NCBI GenBank assembly: GCA_016183535.1
Contig: JACPEK010000004.1
Span: 73,013 to 137,012, forward strand
Direction of reading: 5' to 3'
Length of the DNA: 64,000 nucleotides
Source: Candidatus Brennerbacteria bacterium
GTDB lineage: Bacteria > Patescibacteriota > Minisyncoccia > UBA6257 > GWB1-50-10
In this document: in pieces, positions 19,681 to 28,148 of the stretch
Layout of the letters: every line of letters begins with the position of its first letter
How positions within the stretch are numbered: position 1 is the first letter of the stretch
Notes under the pieces: generated by a model
Told to the model about the DNA's origin: nothing
Seen by the model: only the letters and a program-made list of their open reading frames with translations
The model's database searches: none
Made by a program: the position numbers and the translations under genes

Positions 19681-20268
19681 GTGATTCGATTGTTGCGCGG
19701 CACACTTATTGAAATACAGGAGCACGCGGCCGTCGTTGATTGCCACGGCGTAGGATTTGCGGTGCTCGCGAATCGTGGCACACTTGCCGCGCTTCCGCCG
19801 AAGGGGAGCGAGGTGGCGTTTTACACCCATTTTTATCTACGCGAGGAGCGCGCGGAACTTTACGGGTTCTTGGACTCGCGCGCGCTCACACTTTTCGAGC
19901 TTTTGAAGTCGGTGGCGGGCGTGGGGCCGAAAACCGCGCTCGCGGTCCTGGACGCCGAGACACCCGAAAACCTCACGGCGGCGATCTTTGAGCGCCGCAC
20001 CGATCTTCTCACGAAGACGCCCGGCATCGGGAGGAAAACGGCGGAGCGCATCGTGCTTGAGCTCGCGACGAAGATCGCGGCGCCCGCGTCGCAAGAGCGC
20101 ACCGCCGCCATGGACCGCGACCGCGAAGTAGAGGAGGTGCTCGCGAGCTTGGGATATGCCCGCGACCAAGTGAAACAAGCCATCTCCTCGCTCCCTCCCG
20201 CAAAAGAGGCGACCACAGAGCATCGCATTCGTGACGCTTTGAAAACACTTGCGCGACGGCCGCTATGA
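19681..20268 (+). CDS. ruvA: Holliday junction DNA-binding protein RuvA
   Basis: 'MIRLLRG', 'LYGF', HhH motifs 'VAGVGPKTA' and 'TPGIGRKTAERIVLEL'. Confidence 0.96.
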   Translation: MIRLLRGTLIEIQEHAAVVDCHGVGFAVLANRGTLAALPPKGSEVAFYTHFYLREERAELYGFLDSRALTLFELLKSVAGVGPKTALAVLDAETPENLTAAIFERRTDLLTKTPGIGRKTAERIVLELATKIAAPASQERTAAMDRDREVEEVLASLGYARDQVKQAISSLPPAKEATTEHRIRDALKTLARRPL

Positions 20269-20279
20269 TCTCAAACGGG

Positions 20280-21464
20280 ATGAAATTATTACATTCCATT
20301 TACCATTTTCTATGGGCGTTTTTTGCAAACGTTTTTTATGGGAACCCGAGTCATAAACTCACAGTCGTGGGCGTGACCGGCACGAAAGGCAAATCCACCA
20401 CTGTGGAACTCTTGGCCGCTATTTTTGGCGCGGCGGGGGAAACGACGGCGTTTCTTTCGTCGGTGCGGATGAAAATAGGGGGTGCAGTGGAAATAAATCG
20501 CACGGGAAACAGCATGCCCGGGCGCGGGCGCCTCCAAAAGTTTCTCTGGCGTGCCGCATCTGCCGGATGCCGCTACGCATTCATCGAAGTCACCTCGCAG
20601 GGCGTGGTTCAGCACCGTCATCGTTTTATGGAGTGGGACGGGGGTATTTTCACGAACCTTGCGCCGGAGCATATCGAGTCGCACGGCTCATTCGAAGCCT
20701 ACCGCGAGGCAAAGCTCTCATTTTTTCGTTTCCTCGCCTTGTCACCGAAAGAGAATAAAATTGCGGTGGTGAACGCCGACGATTCCGCGGCGTCCCTTTT
20801 CGTTGGGGCCGCGCGGGGCGCACGCGTGATGGCGGTTTCGGCGGCGAAATTCAGTCGAGAGCTTGAACTTACAGGTGAATGGATCACCGTTCCTGTGAAT
20901 CTTGAAAACGCCGCACTCGCCACGGCCTATGCGGAAGAAAAAAGTATTTCACGGGGCGCGATTCGAAAAGCACTCGATGCGTTTCAAGGCGTGCCGGGAA
21001 GGATGGAATACGTGAGAAAAAAGCCGTTTGCGGTCGTGGTGGACTACGCACATACACCGGATTCCCTCTCCCGTCTTTATGAATTTTTAAAAAAAGAGAA
21101 CCAGGGACGCCTCATCGGTGTGCTCGGCGCCGCGGGAGGAGGACGTGATACGTGGAAACGGCCCGCCATGGGGCGCATCGCCGCGCAGTTCTGCGATGTC
21201 GTCATCCTCACGAACGAGGACCCTTACGATGAGGATCCCGGTCAGATTCTCTCGGAAATAGAATCTGGAATTTTCAATTTTCAAGGTTCAATTTTCAAAA
21301 TCCTCGATCGGCGGGAGGCACTCCAAAAAGCTGTGTCGCTCGCGAAGCCCGGCGATGTCGTCGTCGCAACCGGAAAAGGGAGCGAATCCGCGATCCGCCT
21401 CGCGCGCCGGAAGGTAATTTTTTGGGACGAGTCGGCGGAACTCGAAACAATCTTGCGGCGATGA
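20280..21464 (+). CDS. murE: UDP-N-acetylmuramoyl-tripeptide synthetase (MurE family)
   Basis: 'GVTGTKGKST', 'EVTSQG', 'TNLAPEHIESH', 'VPGRME', 'DYAHTPD', 'TNEDPYDE', 'GKGSE'. Confidence 0.88.
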   Translation: MKLLHSIYHFLWAFFANVFYGNPSHKLTVVGVTGTKGKSTTVELLAAIFGAAGETTAFLSSVRMKIGGAVEINRTGNSMPGRGRLQKFLWRAASAGCRYAFIEVTSQGVVQHRHRFMEWDGGIFTNLAPEHIESHGSFEAYREAKLSFFRFLALSPKENKIAVVNADDSAASLFVGAARGARVMAVSAAKFSRELELTGEWITVPVNLENAALATAYAEEKSISRGAIRKALDAFQGVPGRMEYVRKKPFAVVVDYAHTPDSLSRLYEFLKKENQGRLIGVLGAAGGGRDTWKRPAMGRIAAQFCDVVILTNEDPYDEDPGQILSEIESGIFNFQGSIFKILDRREALQKAVSLAKPGDVVVATGKGSESAIRLARRKVIFWDESAELETILRR

Positions 21465-22819
21465 CCCTCACTTTTCTCGGTGGCGCAAAATCCGTAACGG
21501 GCGCGGAATACCTTCTCGAGTCCGGCGGGACGAAAATACTCGTCGATTGCGGCTTGGCGCAGGGCGGACGATATGCCGAAGGGGCGAACTGGAGACCGTT
21601 CTCCTATAATCCACGCTCGCTCGCGGCGGTTTTGGTTACCCATGCCCACATTGATCACGTCGGACGCATCCCGAAGCTCGTGAGAGAGGGATTTGGAGGA
21701 TTCGTCTATTCCACGCCTCCCACGCGGGATTTTGTCGAGATACTCCTTCTTGATTCAGAACATATCTTGAGTATGGAGGCCGAGGAAAAACACCTCCCTC
21801 CGCTCTACACCGCGGAAGATGTAGCGCACGCAGGAGAGTTCTGGCGTGGAGTCCGCTACCACGAGCCGTTCACGGTGGGACCCTTCAGTATCGAGTTTTT
21901 TGATGCGGGACATGTGCTCGGATCAAGTTTTGTGAGTGTGTGTGCCGACGGAAGGCGGATTGTTTTCTCCGGTGATCTCGGAAACGCTCCCGCTCCCTTT
22001 ATTCGCCCGCGCGAGCCGCTTTCTGCGAACGTGGATTTTGTGATGGTCGAATCGGTATACGGAGGGCGCGTGCACGAGGCGGTAGATACGCGTCGCGGCG
22101 CGCTTGAAAACCTGATTGAGGACACCGTGAAGACGCGCGGCGTGCTTATGATTCCGGCGTTTGCGCTCGAGCGCACACAGGAACTGCTCTATGAGTTAAA
22201 CGCGCTCGTCGAAGAGGGGCGCATCCCGAAAACGCCGATTTTCATTGATAGCCCTCTCGCGATCAAACTCACGAGCGTATACGAGAAATATTCCCGCGAT
22301 CCGCTCTACATGAACCGCGAAGCGATCGTGAAGATGAAAGCGGGGGATGCGATCTTCAACTTTCCCGGACTCGCGCTCACGCTTACGAAAGAACAGTCGA
22401 AAGCGATTAACGATGTGCCGCCGCCCAAGGTAATCGTGGCGGGTTCGGGGATGTCGCAAGGCGGACGCATCCTTCACCACGAGGCGCGTTATCTCTCTGA
22501 TCCCGCGAGCGTCATTCTTTTTGTGGGGCACCAAGCAAAAGGCTCGCTGGGACGACAGATTCTCGACGGAGCGAGTGAAGTTACCATACGAAGCGTAAAG
22601 GTCCCGGTGCGGGCGCGAGCGGTTCAAATATCGGGATATTCCGCGCACGCCGATCAGCCACAGATTTTAGAATGGCTCTCCGGCGCGCGGGGAAACCTCC
22701 GAAGAGCGTTTGTGGTGCAGGGAGAAGAAGAAGAAGCGAACGCACTTGCGCAAAAAATCCGCGACGAACTCGCAGTTGCGACTCATGTCCCGTCGCCGGG
22801 GGAAGCGGTGGTGCTGTAA
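21461..22819 (+). CDS. MBL-fold beta-CASP ribonuclease family protein
   Basis: 'THAHIDHVG', 'AGHVLGS', 'FSGDLG', 'ESVYG', 'GSGMSQGGRILHH', 'SAHADQ'; ATG overlaps the murE stop. Confidence 0.92.
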   Translation: MTLTFLGGAKSVTGAEYLLESGGTKILVDCGLAQGGRYAEGANWRPFSYNPRSLAAVLVTHAHIDHVGRIPKLVREGFGGFVYSTPPTRDFVEILLLDSEHILSMEAEEKHLPPLYTAEDVAHAGEFWRGVRYHEPFTVGPFSIEFFDAGHVLGSSFVSVCADGRRIVFSGDLGNAPAPFIRPREPLSANVDFVMVESVYGGRVHEAVDTRRGALENLIEDTVKTRGVLMIPAFALERTQELLYELNALVEEGRIPKTPIFIDSPLAIKLTSVYEKYSRDPLYMNREAIVKMKAGDAIFNFPGLALTLTKEQSKAINDVPPPKVIVAGSGMSQGGRILHHEARYLSDPASVILFVGHQAKGSLGRQILDGASEVTIRSVKVPVRARAVQISGYSAHADQPQILEWLSGARGNLRRAFVVQGEEEEANALAQKIRDELAVATHVPSPGEAVVL

Positions 22820-22820
22820 G

Positions 22821-22875
22821 AAAAATTTAAAAATTAAATGATTAGTTATTCAATCTTTCAATCCTTCAACCTTTC
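22821..22875. repeat. Short periodic AT-rich repeat
   Basis: AAAATTTA-AAAATTA-AATGATT followed by CAATCTTT-CAATCCTT-CAACCTTT. Confidence 0.5.
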
Positions 22876-22897
22876 CCATTTGTGATAAGATTAAAAT

Positions 22898-23518
22898 ATG
22901 AAAAAGAATAACAACGCGCCGCCTCGCAATCATAACCACCACCACTCGCTCAAGTACAAATTCTGCGTCTCGGGCGCCGCGGAAACCGGTCATTGCCCGC
23001 CGGACGCTTTGGAGCGCGCGGAACAGTTAGGAAAAGCGATCGCGGAGCGCGGACTCGTGCTCATGACGGGCGCTACCACCGGCATTCCTTATTGGTCGGC
23101 GAAGGGCGCGAAGGCGGCGGGCGGCACGGTGATAGGGCTCTCGCCCGCGGCATCCAAAGTAGCGCATCTTAAGACTTATCACTTGCCCCTCGACTACCAC
23201 GACGTGGTCGTGTACACCGGGTTCGAATATTCGGGGAGAAACCTTCTCCTCACGCGCTCATCGGACGCGGTAATTGTGGTGTGCGGACGCATTGGCACTT
23301 TGAATGAGTTCACCATTGCATTCGAAGACGATAAACCAATCGGGGTTCTCGAGGGATCGGGAGGCACCGCTGACATGCTCCGCGAGCTCCTCGCAAAATC
23401 ACACCGTGGAATGGGGAAGGTGATATTTGCGAAGGATCCGGAAACACTCGTCGCGCGCCTCCTTGACCTTGTGGAATCCGAGGAAGAAAAGAACGGCGTG
23501 AAAGGTCGAATATTGTAG
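22898..23518 (+). CDS. LOG/SLOG family nucleotide-binding protein
   Basis: 'LMTGATTGIP..AKGAKAAGG..GLSP', 'GRNLLLTRSSDAVI..GRIGTLNE'. Confidence 0.88.
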   Translation: MKKNNNAPPRNHNHHHSLKYKFCVSGAAETGHCPPDALERAEQLGKAIAERGLVLMTGATTGIPYWSAKGAKAAGGTVIGLSPAASKVAHLKTYHLPLDYHDVVVYTGFEYSGRNLLLTRSSDAVIVVCGRIGTLNEFTIAFEDDKPIGVLEGSGGTADMLRELLAKSHRGMGKVIFAKDPETLVARLLDLVESEEEKNGVKGRIL

Positions 23519-23608
23519 AAAATCCTAAGCACAAAATTCTTACGAACTCATTTTGTAAATTGGAGTTTTAAATTTGTTTAGGATTGAAATATTTAGATTT
23601 AGAGTTTA
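23519..23608. repeat. Heptamer-periodic AT-rich foldback repeat
   Basis: AAAATCC-TAAGCAC-AAAATTC...TTAGGAT-TGAAATA-TTTAGAT-TTAGAGT; same family as 10711-10821. Confidence 0.65.
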
Positions 23609-23614
23609 ACTAAA

Positions 23615-23914
23615 ATGGGATTTTTTTCATCGCTCTTCTCGAAAAAATCATCTCTCTCGTCGGAGCCGCTTGGAAAACCAATCGGCGAGGTAACGCACTA
23701 TTTCGGGGGCATCAAAGTCGCGATCGTGCGATTCACGAAACCGGTCGGGGTGGGCGCGAAACTCCGTTTTAAGGGCGCGACCTCTGATTTCGTCGAAACC
23801 ATCCACTCCATGCAATACGACCACCACGACATTGCTGAAGCAAAGAAAGGGCAAGAAGTCGGCATTAAAGTGGGAAAGAAAGTCAGAGAAGGCGACAAAG
23901 TTTACGAGGAGTAA
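23615..23914 (+). CDS. Small translation-factor-like beta-barrel protein (U32 C-terminal-like)
   Basis: 'IGEVTHYFGGIKVAIV..FKGATSDFVETIHSMQYDH..AKKGQEVGIKV..KVREGDKVY'. Confidence 0.8.
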   Translation: MGFFSSLFSKKSSLSSEPLGKPIGEVTHYFGGIKVAIVRFTKPVGVGAKLRFKGATSDFVETIHSMQYDHHDIAEAKKGQEVGIKVGKKVREGDKVYEE

Positions 23915-23924
23915 AAGAATTTTC

Positions 23925-25040
23925 ATGAGCGGACGATCTATACTTGCCGCGGGCATGCTCGCGGGGACTATTATCGGAGCCGGTGTGTTCGCCTTGCCGT
24001 ATGTGGTAGGAACAGTGGGTATTGCCACAGGCCTTTTTTATTTGTGCGGCGCGGCGCTCGTGTACTATGTGGTGCATCGCATGTATGCGGCGGTACTCGC
24101 GGAAGCTCCGCGTGGAACCCAATTTTTCGGGCTCGCGCGTATGCTATTCTCTCCGCGCGTTGCGCCGCTCGCCTCGTACCTCATACTAGGCGAACTTCTT
24201 TTCGTGATGGTGGTGTATCTCGCGCTCGCCCCCGCCTTTATAGAACTCCTCGTACCTTGGCCGCGGGAAACCGCCGTCGCGTTTTTTTGGTTCTTTGGTT
24301 CGCTTTTTGTTTTTGCGCGCCTCGTGTGGCAGGGTGTTGCAGAACTTTTAGGAACACTTTTCATCGCGGGTATTGTGGGAGTGGTGCTTTTCGCGGGCGG
24401 CGCGGCGCCGCTCGCCGCGCCCGCCTTCCGTCCACTCGATCCTTCCTTGTTTTTTTTGCCGCTCGGCCCGCTCCTTTTCTCGTTCTCGGGGCGCCCCGCG
24501 CTCCATGCGGTGGTGGAAGAATGGCGTCGCGCAAAGGAGGAACATAAAGCATTTTCTCTCCGTCGCGTTATCGCATGGGGGACATTCATCCCCGCCGCGG
24601 TGTACTCAATTTTCATTGTCGCGGTATTGCGTCTTGCGCCCGATGTCGCGCCCGAGGCGCTCGCGAGTCTTCAGTCACTCCCGCTAGGGCTCCTCGCGGC
24701 GCTTGGCGGCATGGGGCTTGTCACGCTTTGGACCTCGTACTTTATGATCGGCTCAAACGTGAAAGATATCGTACATCTTGATCTCAAGCTCCCCGCGTGG
24801 GCGGGCGCGCTCCTCACACTCGCCGCGCCGCTCGGAATTTATCTCGCGGGTTTCAATACCTTTTTCTCCGCCATTGCGTTCACCGGAAGCGTATTTCTCG
24901 GGCTTGAGGGAATTTTAGTGGTAATGCTTTGGCGCCGCGCGTTTCCTGTTCACCGTTTCCGCGCGCTCGCCGCGCCGCTCGCACTCGTCTTTATGGCCGC
25001 GCTTGGATATGAGCTCCTCTCCCGCTTCAGCCTCGTATGA
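23925..25040 (+). CDS. Aromatic amino acid permease family transporter
   Basis: 'GTIIGAGVFALPY' TM1 motif, about 11 TM helices; start ATG 23925. Confidence 0.88.
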   Translation: MSGRSILAAGMLAGTIIGAGVFALPYVVGTVGIATGLFYLCGAALVYYVVHRMYAAVLAEAPRGTQFFGLARMLFSPRVAPLASYLILGELLFVMVVYLALAPAFIELLVPWPRETAVAFFWFFGSLFVFARLVWQGVAELLGTLFIAGIVGVVLFAGGAAPLAAPAFRPLDPSLFFLPLGPLLFSFSGRPALHAVVEEWRRAKEEHKAFSLRRVIAWGTFIPAAVYSIFIVAVLRLAPDVAPEALASLQSLPLGLLAALGGMGLVTLWTSYFMIGSNVKDIVHLDLKLPAWAGALLTLAAPLGIYLAGFNTFFSAIAFTGSVFLGLEGILVVMLWRRAFPVHRFRALAAPLALVFMAALGYELLSRFSLV

Positions 25041-26398
25041 GAAAAAAAATTTTTCGGTGGGTGGTGCTCGCGTTTATTTTTTCAATTCCGTTTGGCACGA
25101 AGAAGTTTCTTTTCTCGTTCGCCGCGCCGTTCGAAAATTTCTACACCCATGAATACGCCGCGGCGTTCCTTTTTGGAACAGACCTTCTCGTATTTGCGGT
25201 GCTTTTTATGTTTTGGTTCGTAGCGTGGCGCTCCGTCATCAATAAGTCGGATTTGTCCTATGGGACAGACAAGATTGGTATGTGGTGCAGGACTAATAGA
25301 GCGGGGTGCTTACTCGGGGCATTTCTTTTCCTCGCGCTTCTTTCGATCGTGTTTGCTGATTATCCGGCGTTCGCATGGTATTCGTTTCTCCGTCTCGCCC
25401 TCGCAGTTTCCGCGGGGTACGCGCTTGCATGGGCGGTGAGAGCTCGGGTCGTTGCCGTGCGGCATCTTATGAGCGCGTTCGCGCTCTCCGCAGTGTTTCA
25501 ATCACTCGTCGCGTTTTTTCAATTCGGATTCCAAAAAAGCGCGGGTCTTTGGTGGCTCGGCGAGACTACCGTGCTTGGACCCTCGACCCCCGGCGTTGCC
25601 TCAATCGCGGCCGACGGGATGCGATTTCTTCGCGCTTACGGTACGCTCTCGCACGCGAACATCCTCGCGGGATTCCTTATTCTCGGACTTCTCGCGCTCT
25701 CCTATCTTTTTCTTATCGCGGAAAAGACGCGTGGACGCGCGCTTGCCGTCGCGGGCATAGTGGCGGTCGAGACGGGACTTCTCCTCACGTTTTCGCGTTC
25801 GGGGTGGATTGTGGCGGCGCTTGCGCTCGCGGCGTTTTTTGTGTTCGCGCTCACTCGCGCCACCTACCGTCCGCGCGCACTCTCGCTTTTATTTTCTGTT
25901 GTGTTTTCTCTTACGCTTCTCATTGGCGCTCTTCAGTTTGCGGTATTGCCTCGCGCGCGCCTTGTGACAGACGAGGGTCCGGTTTCTGATCGGTGGCGCA
26001 TGAACAAACTCAGTGTCGCGCTTGTCGTCGAGAGGCCGTGGGGCGTAGGCATCGGCAATGAACTTTTCTTTGCGTATGATCATGACCGGTTCCGTGAATT
26101 CGAACTTCCCGCGCGAGGGCAATGGCAACCCACCCACAACCTTTTCCTCCTTATTGGATCCGAGATTGGAATTGTCGGATTGATCGCATTTTTGTTTTTT
26201 GTTTTTATATTGTTGTTTGAAAATTTGAAATTGAAAATTGAAAATTCAATAGTAGCGCTCATGCTGTGCGCGTTACTATTATTTGGTCTCCTCGATCATT
26301 TTCTTTTGGACCTCCACGCCGGCCGTTTGATGTTGTGGGCGATCATCGGAATGGCGATGGGGGCGCGCAACACGCCACAGGAGAGAGTGATCGCATAA
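25037..26398 (+). CDS. O-antigen ligase/Wzy_C family membrane protein
   Basis: 'RAYGTLSHANILAG', 'TFSRSGW', 'PWGVGIGN', 'QPTHNLFLLIGSEIGIVG'. Confidence 0.88.
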   Translation: MRKKIFRWVVLAFIFSIPFGTKKFLFSFAAPFENFYTHEYAAAFLFGTDLLVFAVLFMFWFVAWRSVINKSDLSYGTDKIGMWCRTNRAGCLLGAFLFLALLSIVFADYPAFAWYSFLRLALAVSAGYALAWAVRARVVAVRHLMSAFALSAVFQSLVAFFQFGFQKSAGLWWLGETTVLGPSTPGVASIAADGMRFLRAYGTLSHANILAGFLILGLLALSYLFLIAEKTRGRALAVAGIVAVETGLLLTFSRSGWIVAALALAAFFVFALTRATYRPRALSLLFSVVFSLTLLIGALQFAVLPRARLVTDEGPVSDRWRMNKLSVALVVERPWGVGIGNELFFAYDHDRFREFELPARGQWQPTHNLFLLIGSEIGIVGLIAFLFFVFILLFENLKLKIENSIVALMLCALLLFGLLDHFLLDLHAGRLMLWAIIGMAMGARNTPQERVIA

Positions 26399-26409
26399 CA
26401 CACGAGGGG

Positions 26410-26431
26410 ATGTTATACTTGGGTATAACAT
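26410..26431. promoter_or_regulatory. Palindrome upstream of the TrpR-like gene (candidate operator; degenerate member of the TATACT-palindrome family)
   Basis: ATGTTATAC-TTGG-GTATAACAT inverted repeat 30 nt upstream of ATG 26461. Confidence 0.5.
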
Positions 26432-26460
26432 TTTGCCCTGTGGGGCGGTGTCGGACAGAT

Positions 26461-26886
26461 ATGAAATCAACGCAACCAAACCACCCGTCTTCAAGAAACG
26501 CGCTCGTGCGATTGGCGTGGGATTCGTTTGTGCGAAGAATCGCGCGCGCCGCCACGCGGGGCGAAGTGGAACGCGCGCTCGCAATTTTCCTTACTTCGAA
26601 CGAACGCGCCAAAATCGCCGCGCGCGGGGCGGCGATACAGTTGCTCCAGGAAGGAAAAAGCTACCGTAAAATCGGTGATATGCTTTGGCTCTCGCCGGCG
26701 ATAATAAGCGCTCTGAAGAAAAGCTTACGTGAAGGCAAGGGGTATGTGCCGCGCGCCGCGCGTTGGAAAACCGCGGGACGGAAGAAAAAACAGTATGCGC
26801 CCTCACCGTTTCATCGCGCGCCGGATATAATCACAACCGCGCCTTCCGGCACGCGCGCATTCCCACGCCGGGTTCACGTACGATAG
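26461..26886 (+). CDS. TrpR/YerC-YecD-like HTH transcriptional regulator
   Basis: 'FLTSNERAKIAARGAAIQLLQEGKSYRKIGDMLWLSPAIIS' matches the TrpR-like HTH pattern. Confidence 0.75.
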   Translation: MKSTQPNHPSSRNALVRLAWDSFVRRIARAATRGEVERALAIFLTSNERAKIAARGAAIQLLQEGKSYRKIGDMLWLSPAIISALKKSLREGKGYVPRAARWKTAGRKKKQYAPSPFHRAPDIITTAPSGTRAFPRRVHVR

Positions 26887-26896
26887 CGTCAGATTT

Positions 26897-26971
26897 TGGT
26901 GCCCTCGGCTGGAATCGAACCAGCATCTCCTCCTTCGGAGGGAGATATCCTATCCATTGAACGACGAGGGC
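26897..26971 (-). tRNA. tRNA-Arg(CCG)
   Basis: Cloverleaf GCCCTCG..CGAGGGC-ACCA; anticodon loop CTCCGAA; T-loop TTCGATT. Confidence 0.95.
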
Positions 26972-27026
26972 ATTTTTTTACCTCATCAATGTAATCTTAA
27001 GAAGAAATTTTTTCAATGTAACGCGG

Positions 27027-27070
27027 CCCCCGTCAGGGTACTATACTTAAGTATAGTACCCTGACGGGGG
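27027..27070. repeat. Perfect 44-bp palindrome (CTATACT-TA-AGTATAG family)
   Basis: CCCCCGTCAGGGTACTATACTTAAGTATAGTACCCTGACGGGGG is its own reverse complement. Confidence 0.9.
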
Positions 27071-27095
27071 TGAGGTTCACTATAATGGTTTCATT

Positions 27096-27716
27096 ATGGA
27101 CAAGTTGGAAGAGCTCAAGAAATTAGAAGCGGAGATGGAGGCAGATGCGGTGCTTCCCTTGCGGGGCGGAAATCTCGTCTTTGGCGAGGGCGACCCCGAT
27201 GCGGCGGTGTGTTTCATCGGAGAAGCGCCGGGGTTTCACGAAGACCAACAAAAGCGCCCGTTTGTGGGGCGCGCGGGCCAGCTTTTGAACAAACTTATCG
27301 AAGAACTTAATTGGAAACGCGAACAGGTGTATATCACGAACATTGTGAAACGCCGCCCACCCGAGAACCGCGACCCGTCGCCGGAGGAAATCGAGGCGTA
27401 CCGGCCGTACCTCGCTCGCCAGGTCGAGATGGTAAAACCGAAGATCGTGGCACCCCTCGGAAGGTTTTCCATGAATTACTTCCTTCCGGCGGGGAAGATC
27501 ACGCGCGACCAAGGGAAACTTTTCAGGGTGGGGAACTACCTCGTGTATCCGCTTTTCCATCCCGCGGCGGCCCTGCGGAGCACGGAAACACTCGCGCGCT
27601 TGCGGGAAAGCTTCGCAAAACTACCGGGTATTCTTGCGCGGTATGAAGAACTTTTTGCAAAAAACGCTACCTCGGAAGCATCTCCCGCGGTTTCCCAAAC
27701 TTCGCTCTTCACCTAG
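27096..27716 (+). CDS. udg: Uracil-DNA glycosylase family 4
   Basis: 'FIGEAPG..ED..PFVGRAGQLL', 'ITNIVKRRPPENRDP', 'FHPAAALR'. Confidence 0.93.
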   Translation: MDKLEELKKLEAEMEADAVLPLRGGNLVFGEGDPDAAVCFIGEAPGFHEDQQKRPFVGRAGQLLNKLIEELNWKREQVYITNIVKRRPPENRDPSPEEIEAYRPYLARQVEMVKPKIVAPLGRFSMNYFLPAGKITRDQGKLFRVGNYLVYPLFHPAAALRSTETLARLRESFAKLPGILARYEELFAKNATSEASPAVSQTSLFT

Positions 27717-27791
27717 CTTCTCTTCGCGGTACGCGTCGGGAGGCAAAGGTTCTCCGCGCGTCCGGATCGGTTTGCGGCTATAATAAATGCG

Positions 27792-28148
27792 ATGACCGCC
27801 GTATTTGTCTATATCATCCGCCGGTTGCGCTACCGAATCGCGGAATTCTTCCGCCACTGGTATGTGAAGAGCGTGCGGATGTATTTCAACTTCATCCTTG
27901 ATTGCCTCGCGCGCCTTGATTATGTCCTTGCGTGGCGCATCACCGCACGACATCTTTTCGAGCCGCTCTATAAAGACTATTCGTTCGTGGGATACGTGCT
28001 CGGATTTGTATTCCGAAGTGTTCGCCTCCTCGTGGCAGGCATGGTTTATGCCGCGCTCTTCGGGGTGGCGCTCGGCAGTTATTTTGTGTGGCTCCTCATT
28101 CCTCCGTTGCTCCTTATCCTTGCATTCGCGCCCCCTCTTCTTCTATGA
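27792..28148 (+). CDS. Hypothetical membrane protein coupled to the Clp ATPase
   Basis: 118-aa hydrophobic ORF 'FFRHWY..LFEPLYKDYSFVGYVLGFVFR'; stop overlaps the Clp start. Confidence 0.75.
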   Translation: MTAVFVYIIRRLRYRIAEFFRHWYVKSVRMYFNFILDCLARLDYVLAWRITARHLFEPLYKDYSFVGYVLGFVFRSVRLLVAGMVYAALFGVALGSYFVWLLIPPLLLILAFAPPLLL

